The notes under the pieces were generated by a model, which worked only from the letters and a program-made list of their open reading frames with translations, was not told the origin of the DNA and made no database searches. The position numbers were made by a program, and so were the translations under genes. Positions 54,030-64,000 of a stretch of DNA of 64,000 bases are shown piece by piece. The stretch comes from Octopus vulgaris (Eukaryota): assembly GCA_951406725.2 (NCBI GenBank), contig OX597826.1, positions 19,282,001-19,346,000 of the forward strand, written 5' to 3'. Positions within the stretch are counted from its first letter, which is position 1, and the number at the start of each line of letters is the position of its first letter.

Positions 54030-54930
54030 TTACAATAATCTAAAAAATGAGACATGTCCATGCGAACGTCAATACATGCTGCACAAGCTACACACCAGTA
54101 CTTCTCCTGTCTAGACGTTCAACCACGAAAGGAAGAGCAACGTCTTCAAGACTGATGTTTAAGCATGTCGCCAATTCATGGCAATTTTGCTAAATTGTCC
54201 AGTCTATTGTCCATCATGAAATTCACAGATACATCCTGATTATATCTACAACTTAGGAAACCTATGCTCGCAGCCCATGCTACTTGCAAAAAGCGATGCA
54301 CCAAGTTGAAGCAGTTTGAAAAGTTAGTTTAAAGTTATCCCCGCAGAGATTCAAAAACTCGAGTAAGTCGATGGATGAGTTTAAGATATGTCTTCCGCTC
54401 GATCAGACGTTTTCATTGTGGCACTCTCTCAGCCGATACTTTTGCTATGAAACTACCTTTGGAATTAAGATGGGAAAGGCCCTTCATAAAATAACAGTTT
54501 ACTGCCAAATGTGGTGTCGGCGCTCAAAGCCAAGTCAATCAAAACTGAGAATGGCGGTCTCCCGTTGAGAGTATCTTCAGTAATCGAGTACTCCAAATTC
54601 TGTGACAATTTGCATCGTCATTTTGACTTCTCCTAAATCAGGAGTTTGTCTTTATCACGCTGAATGAGTTGTGCTTTATCGCTTAACGTATACTCTTGCC
54701 CTCTACCTTATTTCGATCGACATCAAGATTTTCAATAAAACTGGTTCATTTGGTGCATTCATATCCGTTGAAGATGGCAGCATCTTCACCAGAGAATTCA
54801 TAGAACATTCGAAACCATGGCTTTAACAAGGCATTTCACTTTCTGTACTTTCAGCCCCTCTGAATGCAATATTTCGTGCTTTATCTTTTAGCACTACTTT
54901 CGCTCTAATTTTCTTCCATTTTCCCCCCTC
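54030..54930 (-). pseudogene. Possible piggyBac (PGBD-like) transposase remnant
   Basis: Minus-strand 'KLLFY', 'AKYRLREC', 'IDLLEF', and Cys-rich tail 'RRCSSF..SRQEKYWCVAC' in expected order; very decayed. Confidence 0.4.
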
Positions 54931-56011
54931 AATCATCCATTGCTTTCTCCTTTACTACTTTCCGTCTACGCATGTGCTCTGACGTTGTTTCTTTTCAATA
55001 GATTCTAGTCACACGGTCTTCTATTTTCCCCCTTTTATCTCAAGCTTGTTAAAGGGATTTGTCCAAAAGGTCGGAAATGTAAGAAATGATTGCAAACTTT
55101 CATGTGGGAGATAGAGATGTTTCCTTCTGGCCAATACCATCATGGGTGCATATAAACTTTTGATTTATGATCTCCACTATTTCAATCTAAAAATGAAGCA
55201 AGCAACACACAAAATTTAGCTTATGTCTAGTACAAGATAACTAAATATAAGTTCGAGGAAAACTAAAAATATATGTACTATAATTTATTGAATTTAAGTA
55301 TTACAACAAACAAACATACAAACAGCTTTTCTTAGACGAATATAGTATGACGTTGAGAATATGTATTATCAGTGATATTATTGTTACGTTTCTCTCAATC
55401 CTCATCTCTATATTAATTCCCCCACCCCCCGCCTTTATCAACAATTTCTATAGAAGTAAACTGCTGTGGCTATTATCTGGAACTGACGTTCATAGGTATT
55501 TACTGCCTGAATAGTTAAAATCTCATTCATTATTACAAATAGTAATTCATTTCTTATTGTTAATTGCAGGTAGTAAGCTAATCAATTATTGTATGAATTC
55601 ACGTGATTTATATGTATAAACTGACGTACATATTGGTCAAATAGGTCCACTAGTTATTGAAACGAGCGTAACCTTAATAAAGTTATATAATACCAGATTC
55701 TTCATTCCTTAACCTGTTTACTATGTGCATGTGTATGCGCGCGCGCATGTGTATTATATGGACATAAACTAGACCATTCTTATCTTAGTGTGAACAGATA
55801 TTTATGCCATACCTTGATTGAATATTCTAATTACTTTAATCACATTATACTCACATGGCCGTCAGAACTTGTTTTTATGGACATGTTTTCTCAAGCGAAC
55901 GCTAATTTGCATGCTTACATCAGCATGTTATCATAAATGTGTGTATGCTTGTATAAGTATGCACCGAATATGAATGCACATCTCTGAATTTGTGTGTTAT
56001 TCGGTCCTGGT

Positions 56012-56372
56012 CAGGTTGATGCGCTTCTGCAACTGCATAATTGAGGCTTACAGTTCAAATTTATCAAGAAATACCTGCAGTGGGGGCTAACAACAACGAT
56101 AAGATTATTAACTCTTGTATAAAATTTGCCGCTTTAAAACAACTGTTACTAAAAAAACTTGCTGCTCTCTACACTATGGACTATTGTGTCATTGAATGGG
56201 TCTTGACTTTCAGCATTGGTATCATTTCTGGGTAATTTCTGGGTGGGTGTTGGTTTTAATAAACACTAAATTGGTCTTTTAAATAAAGCTTCCATTATCT
56301 CCGAGAGAAGCTGGCTTACAGGAGGCAATTGATTTATATCCGTACACCAAGTTTGCGCTGGCGGCAAGATGC
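56012..56372 (+). repeat. Second copy of the 360-bp segment at 49402-49761
   Basis: Near-identical direct copy. Confidence 0.95.
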
Positions 56373-56386
56373 ACACTTTCTCTCCC

Positions 56387-56431
<45 letters not shown>

Positions 56432-56433
56432 TT

Positions 56434-56470
<37 letters not shown>

Positions 56471-56756
56471 CACACACACATACATACGCCCCTTGGCACA
56501 CGCACACACACGCACACACACACCCACAAAGAAACACACAGGAGAGAAAGGGTGATAGATTGATAGATATATGTATTCATACATGCACATATATACTTAA
56601 GTGTATATACATGTGTGTGTGTGTGTGTGTGTGCGCGTGTGCATATGTGTGTGTGTCTATCAGACATTCACAAACAAACTCACAGGAGAGAGAGGGTGAT
56701 AGATTGATAGATATATGTATTCATACATGCACATCTATACTTAGGGTTATGTGTGT

Positions 56757-56796
<40 letters not shown>

Positions 56797-56799
<3 letters not shown>

Positions 56800-57485
56800 T
56801 ATAGAGTCATTTCCGCTCTATCGGTCATTCACTATAACACCTGTGTTCGGACTATCTTTTCACAGGGGCCATCCGCATCTCCGCCTTTGCCGTGATCAGA
56901 AATTAATCTTATCTCTTTGCTCTTTTGCGCCATATGGGTTCAACTCCCCTTTTCACTTCATTTGACTCCCCTCTTCTCATTTCATCTGACACCTACTTCC
57001 TCTCTACCCTCCTATAACCTTCTCTCTTCGTTGATACCACCGCCACCCGAACCCCACACACTAGCACTGACCATTTCCCAGCGCCCACACCACACACCAT
57101 CACCCGCACACCCACACACTATCATCCACACACCCCCACACAATCTTCTAAAGCGTCACCATACACCATTATATGAGCTGCCACACGTTACAGACGCACA
57201 CACCCGCCCACGTCAAAGTCACTAGCTCCTATCCGCTCACACACACATTCTCAAATGCACACACACGCACCTTAGTTTTAGGGTCACGAATACTTTATTT
57301 TCTCCCCTTCTTTCAACCTCTTCTTTCAAACTTTGACCGCTAAATCCACAAGTTTTTTTTATTCTCTCTCTGTTTATTTTCTCTTATTCCTTTCTGTTGA
57401 AGAGCGTAGGCTCAAAACGTAAAAAGCTTTTTCACTTTTCTGAGCGTCAGACTAACACACCTACTTTTTATTCATACACCTATCT
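56797..57485 (+). mobile_element. PLE 3' end: GIY-YIG C-terminus, UTR and variant hammerhead at 57391-57424
   Basis: 'HFRSIGHSL..RLCRDQKLILSLCSFAPYGFN'; ttt-CTGTTGA-a-gagc-gtag-gctc-AAAA-cg-TA-aaa. Confidence 0.75.
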
Positions 57486-57699
57486 TGAATGCATGCAAAC
57501 AAACGCACACACATGCGCACAAACAGGCAAAAGGAACGCAGCTCCAATAATGGACAGAGTCAACATCCATTGACAGGGTTGCAAAAGAAACGAAAATTTT
57601 GGAAGAAAAATTATAAATAATAAATGAATGGAATCGAACCGGTGCGTGTGTTAGATAATAAGGTATTAAGACAATATGACTCTCCCCAGACACAACAAT

Positions 57700-59545
57700 A
57701 TATATATAATTACATCAAGGATAGTAAATCCTCTTAAAGGGATGTTACCATTCAAGTTCCACGGTTATATGTTAAAAATTAGAACAAACAGTAAAAGGTT
57801 GTCAATAGAGTACTCAGAAAGAGCTACGATATATTTCGTCGGCGATTAATGGCAACAGACGCTACGAAAAATCACTAGATAAAAGGGAAGTAACTCTAAT
57901 AGGTGGAAAAAGAAAAAGATTAAAATATAAAAATATATATGAATAAGCACACAACCATATCCTCACAATACATAGACAGAAACTTCCCGCGTTCACAATG
58001 TCTACATACGTACGCACTTACACAAACATGTATACGTACATGCACACACACACACACATACAAACATATATGTATGTACGTACTCATACATACACACATA
58101 TCCACACACACACGCACACGTGTATATATATATATGTATATAGGTACGCAACCTCATCCTCATATACACATAGGTGTTTACATGCATACACATAATATAA
58201 TACATATACCTTTACACAAATATCAGTATATATATACACACACATACACCCTCCCACCACACACCTACATCCGCACATATACAAACCTATGCATATCCAT
58301 ATAAGTGCCTGAAAATCGCACATATGCACCAGACACAGTCTTACACTCATATAATACATATATGGGCATACACACGCACCCACACAATATAATATAAATA
58401 CACACATATACACACACACACACGTACGCACTTCGACAATTAAAAAGGAAAAAGGAAAAAAGGAAAAAATATAAATTAAAAATTAATGGGAGTTAAAACA
58501 TATGGGAAAGTTTGTGCAGGAACATAGTAGAAAATTGGATTCTAGCCGTGATCCTGGGGGACCCAAAACAGTAGCAGGTATTTTGTGATATATGGACATG
58601 AACCAAAGAGTTCAGTTCTTGAATTTAAACATGTAGCAGGGTCTAAAGAACTTTTCCAGATGAGCCATCTTTCCATATTACAACGATTGTACTTGCCACT
58701 ACCGTTTACATTTGGCTAAGATCTTCCAGTAAATCCTGTAGTTCTTTTAAGAACCGTATATAACTGGATAATTTGGTAGTCTTTCGTTTATTCTAGTGCC
58801 TGGAGCTTAATGTGTGATTGTTGAATCTTGCTTTGAAATTTCCCGATGTGAGACCCATTATTATTAGCATTCGTAAAATTTACAGTGGCTTCATACATAA
58901 TCGCCTCGGTCATACAGGCCCCATTTAGTGGGCACAGGTCTTTATCCCTGCAGGAACAGCCGGTTTCGTGGTGTGTTGTATTGTGCGTAATTATGCCTTT
59001 AAAGTTTGGGGTGGAACTCAAACTAATTTTTAGGTTATGCCTAATAGTTGGGGTGTAACCTATTTCCTCTTTAAATTCACTAGCTTTAAGGGCATTGTTA
59101 TATAGTGGGGCAGCATCATTAAATATGTTTATATTGGAGGAGAGGCTAGAAATTCTTCTTAACTAAATTCTTTAAAATTATGGTGGGTGGGGTGGCAGGA
59201 ATCTACATTGGTATAACAAAATCTATCGTTGGGCATTCTATAGGGTTTGTAAATATTCTTTTGCAAATCTAGAGATACGTCAAGGAAATTGACAACAGTC
59301 AGGTTGGTATCTATTGGTATTCTTAGTTAAAGCTAAAGCATCGTTCCTATAAATAGCTGGTGTATATTTCGCGATTTATTGGGACGTTGCTCTAGACCAG
59401 AAATAAAGAAAAGGAAACGTAGACACAGGAAAATTATTCTGGTTCACAGCGCCTTACTCTCCTGAAGTAAATATTTCTTGTCACTCATAGATAGACGTCT
59501 TCCAATATATCACAAATATAGAAAACTCTTTAATAGGCATATATA
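57700..59545 (-). mobile_element. Penelope-like element, same family as 2761-5035, with inverted 5' fragment
   Basis: 'CSCRDKDLCPLNGACMTEAIMYEATVN' endonuclease; RT remnant 'NLTVVNFLDVSLDL..YKPYRMPND'; deleted hammerhead at 57800-57865; plus-strand piece 59400-59542 'WFTAPYS..LIDR..HKYRKLFNR'. Confidence 0.85.
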
Positions 59546-59573
59546 CTCACACACAGGTCCACCACGCACACGT

Positions 59574-59647
<74 letters not shown>

Positions 59648-59674
59648 GCACATATACACACTTTGCTAACAAAA

Positions 59675-59712
59675 CTGTCCGACGAGTGGGAACGTGAAAC
59701 TCTGAGTAACAG
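59675..59712 (+). ncRNA. Minimal type I hammerhead motif, CCGACGA core
   Basis: ctgt-CCGACGA-gtg(ggaa)cgt-GAAA-ctctgag-TA-acag; downstream 59713-59825 matches 37497-37600 and 10860-10950 in reverse. Confidence 0.8.
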
Positions 59713-59824
59713 CTTTTGTTATTTTTCTGCTGCTTTTAAATTTTTAAATAAAGCATATTACTCTACCTCTGTTATTTGAGTACTCTTATTTCCACCTTGT
59801 TTCATATTTATGTGCTTACTCCGC

Positions 59825-59875
<51 letters not shown>

Positions 59876-60051
59876 CAAGTTTCTGTTTACTTCTAATTTG
59901 ATTCCTGATAAATTCATGTTTATCCTTGTCATTGCTTGTGACCTATGAGTATAATATACTTGCATATATATGTCCGGGGTTAACATGAGTAAAACGAATT
60001 TTGTTACCCCTTAGACGGTTATTCCAACCTCTAACTCTGCTAACCTATATA

Positions 60052-60463
60052 CTCTTTTTTACTCTTTTTACTTGTTTCAGTCATTTGACTGCGGCCATGC
60101 TGGAGCACCGCCTTTAGTCGAGCAACTCGACCCCGGGACTTATTCTTTGTAAGCCCAGTACTTATTCTATCGGTCTCTTTTGCCGAACCGCTAAGTGACG
60201 GGGACGTAAACACACCAGCATCGGTTGTCAAGCAATGCTAGGGGAACAAACACAGACACACAAACATATTCACACACACTTATATATATATATACATATA
60301 TACGACAGGCTTCTTTCAGTTTCCGTCTACCAAATCCACTCACAAGGCATTGGTCGGCCCGGGGCTATAGCAGAAGACACTTGCCCAAGATGCCACGCAG
60401 TGGGACTGAACCCGGAACCATGTGGTTGGTTAGCAAGCTACTTACCAAACAGCCACTCCTGCG

Positions 60464-60466
<3 letters not shown>
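60052..60466 (-). mobile_element. SINE family A, full length and young
   Basis: Very close reverse complement of 9589-10003. Confidence 0.92.
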
Positions 60467-60559
<93 letters not shown>

Positions 60560-60605
60560 CGCGTGTGTGTGTATCAAAATAAGCAAGAAGGATATCCAGA
60601 GGTAA

Positions 60606-60692
60606 TGCAGTATGATCATTTCATGCAACTCCATTTAATTTAACAATGCTATCATTACATCAATTTAAAATGCAGAACAATCCTCAGTTACA
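60606..60692 (-). ncRNA. Type I hammerhead motif, CUGAGGA core, eroded helices
   Basis: Minus strand: tgtaa-CTGAGGA-ttgttctgcattt...aaatggagttgcat-GAAA-tgatca-TA-ctgca; within inverted repeat 60575-60600 / 60828-60853. Confidence 0.7.
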
Positions 60693-60933
60693 CAAAGCCA
60701 TAGAATTTAATTAAATTAGAACAGATGGACACATAAGTATAATTATACCTAAAATCCCCAAGAAGTTAAGGAGATAGACAAAGAACATACAGGCTTCACT
60801 CCAGCATAGAAGTGTGACATTACCTTTGGATATCCTTGTTGCTTATTTTGATTTTAATCACCTTACTTTGAAATTGTATGGATAATACCGTACTAAATCC
60901 TGGTGCCTCAACTTAAGTACCATATTCGTCTGA

Positions 60934-60983
<50 letters not shown>

Positions 60984-61013
60984 TTATCTACCTATTTATC
61001 TCTCTCTCTCTCA

Positions 61014-61066
<53 letters not shown>

Positions 61067-61924
61067 TATATACATACATATATGTACATACCTACATATA
61101 TTTGTATATATTCATGCATATATGGGTACAGAACATCAAAAAAACTTAGACACAGCGAAAAATGAAAACATAAAAACAAAAACATAGAAAACGAACTTTT
61201 TTCGAACAACGAAAAATAACCCAAAAAACAGAAAACCGAGACATGCAACATAAAGAACATTCCCTTCATCAGTTGTCCTTGTTTCATCGAAGTTATAATA
61301 CAAGAACTGTTTATTTAATACCCAACATTTAACCGATATTGCTGTAGTGAGTGACTTTGAAATTTGAAGTTTTTAAACTCCTGAAGATCAATTTAATTTG
61401 TTGCTGAACATTACCAATATGTGCTGCGCTAGCAGAATAAGTAAAATTCAAATTCTAACCAAACCATGAGGTTTTGATAGCTGAAGTGGCACACCAACTA
61501 GTGAACATTGGGTCACATCAATAATGCTTATCTCTAAAATTTCAATGAGAAATTTAGGACTGTAGGTTAATCGATTCACTAGAACATCAGGAAAATGGCC
61601 TTCCCGTATTTGTTTCAACCTTTACGTTTTCAGTTCAAATTCTGTCGATATCAACTCTCATCGTCTTTGTGTTGAGAAAAATATGTACGAGTTCAGTTTT
61701 GGAGATGATATATCGACAATTCTCTATCTCCGAATGTCTGATCTTTTGCCTATACAAGAAATCAAATATTCTATAATACATCCAACAAGAACAAACACTT
61801 ATCTATTATTCAGATGTACTAGTTTAAAGATATAAGAAAAACCAAGCTTTAATATCTTGAATTAATCTGTGCTGATGGGGCTTGACAAAGCATAAATAGG
61901 ACCATACACGGATAAAAATAATAA

Positions 61925-62118
61925 GCAGGACAAGAACTTTCCGTGGATGGGACGCCGGTTCGTCGCAGAATTACTTATTTTTGACAGTTGAGTGGACAGG
62001 AGCAACGTCAAATGAAGTGTCTTGCTTAAGAACACAACGCCTTGTCCGGTCCAGTAATCAAAACCAGCCTTACGATCATGTGTCCAATGCCCTAACCACT
62101 AAATGACGCGTCTCCACA
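61925..62118 (-). mobile_element. Third SINE family, diverged
   Basis: 'atgaagtgtcttgcttaagaacacaacgc' central motif and tRNA-like head on minus strand ('tttagtggttagggcattgg'). Confidence 0.6.
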
Positions 62119-62340
62119 TACACGGATGTTCTGGTAAAAATAAAGATTCTTATGATGAAATATGCATGCTCTTCTCTTTCCTTTCTTTCTTCCGAGGGTA
62201 AAAATAAGTAAATAAATAAAGAAAGAAAGAAACTTTCGGACTTAAAAACTAGAAAAAAAGTAATTCATCTTAAAACTAGAAAAGAAAAGTGATTCATCTA
62301 TTTGTATGCCGATCTCTCTCACTTTCTCCCTCTCTTTCTA

Positions 62341-62380
<40 letters not shown>

Positions 62381-63357
62381 CCATAATAACGCATCCAGCA
62401 AGCAACAAACACACAGATATCATTCATACACTTTCTCCCAGACAATGGTCCACATTAAAAGGAATAACGCCAAAGACAAAGGTTTCTGCAAAACTTTTCC
62501 TGCTCGCTGTAATTCAATGTCAAAAATATCCAGTTGGTTGGGATTCGGTGTCAAGCATCAACAAACTAACTCTTTATATGCTTTACCGAAACAAAGCAAA
62601 TTTCTAGTGAATAAATTTTCCCTTTGTGAAATTACGCTAAAATCACGTTGCTAGTTGATGTAGACATTTCACCATCTGTTTGCTTTCGTCTACGAAAGAG
62701 AGCAAAGAGGAAAACTGGTTGCAAATGCAACAAATATGACGGTCAAAGAGAGATAATTAAATAAATATATAAAAAATAAATAAAATTGGGTTGCTGCATC
62801 CAGCTGCTTGGGAAACATAAAACCGTTCGCCATGAAGCGTGAATAAAGTCTCAAGGCCAACCTGATGAAATAAAAGCTGGCTGGCTCCTTACTAGAAAAC
62901 AACTGTTAAACAGCAGCTTTAGGTGATAGGGAAGAGAAGATTGAAAGAGACGGTGAAAGAGATAAAGAGGGAAAGAGGAAGAGGGGGAAAGAGGAAGAGA
63001 GGGAAAGAGGAAGAGAGGGAAAGGGGAGAGAGAACGAGAAATAGAAAGAGACACAGAGAGGCAAAGAGAGAAAGAGGTAGAGTTGTATAAGCAATATAAA
63101 CACACAGTGCATTCCATGTTCTGTCACATGCTCTCCAGTCTTTCATTAGAGTAACAGATTTCTGCAAAATGTTACTATATTGCAAATCTATCTCCCTTGT
63201 GTATAAACAAGGCCTTTCGGATTTATTGCGTGCCACACACACACGCACGCACACGCAGACGCACACACACACACACACATATACTTAAATACGCACTCAT
63301 ATTCATGTATGTATGTATATGTTTGTGCATCTCTGTGTGGGTATGTATGTATATATA

Positions 63358-63712
63358 GCTGTCTGGTAAGAAGCTTGCTTCCCAACCACATGGTTCCAGA
63401 TTCAGTTCCACTGCGACGCACCTTGGGCAAAACCCTTCTACTATAGCCTCGGGCCGACCAAAGCCTTGTGAATGGATTTCGTAGACGGAAATTGAAAGAA
63501 GCCCATCGTATATATATGTATATATACATGTGTGTCTATGTCTGATGCTGGTGTGTTTACGCCTAAGTAGTTCAGCCAATGAGACCGATAGAATAAGTAC
63601 TAGGTTTACAAAGAATAAGTCCTGGGGTTGATTTCTTCGACTAAAACCTTTTAAGGCGGTGTTCAGGCATGACCGCAGTCAAATGACTAAAACACGTAAA
63701 TCAATAAAAGAA
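63358..63712 (+). mobile_element. SINE family A
   Basis: Homology to 9589-10003. Confidence 0.88.
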
Positions 63713-63762
63713 TGTATGTATGTATGTATGTATGTATGTATGTATGTATGTATGTATGTATG

Positions 63763-63796
<34 letters not shown>

Positions 63797-63802
63797 TGTA
63801 TG

Positions 63803-63836
<34 letters not shown>

Positions 63837-63856
63837 TGTATGTATGTATGTGTGTG

Positions 63857-63913
<57 letters not shown>

Positions 63914-64000
63914 TTATATAAATCAAAAGTGGAACAGAAAGAGCACAACATTGAGAAAAAAGCCAGCGGAAATCCAACAAAAGACATAGGGAAAGTTACA

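Noticed and set aside
61240-61290. CTGATGA on the minus strand within a repeat
   Set aside because: No matching stem II/GAAA/stem III found downstream

Overview
AT-rich, microsatellite-saturated animal genomic DNA, inferred to be a coleoid cephalopod (most likely Octopus) from its SINE and simple-repeat landscape. I cannot support any intact host gene; almost all listed ORFs are microsatellite artefacts. The window is a patchwork of transposon debris: two abundant tRNA-derived SINE families, decayed mariner (DD34D) and maT-like (DD37D-type) transposases, Tigger/pogo and piggyBac-like remnants, fold-back MITEs, Helitron-like elements, CR1/RTE/Tx1-like LINE pieces and many Penelope-like element (PLE) remnants. 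The main hidden signal is about 14 complete or near-complete type I hammerhead ribozyme motifs plus several half-motifs, from at least 8 sequence families. They sit in PLE terminal repeats, often as inverted pairs, and have tiny or palindromic stem III helices implying dimer-dependent cleavage. Three families repeatedly carry a non-canonical CCGANGA core (U4C) instead of CUGANGA. All calls were made by eye, and element boundaries are approximate.
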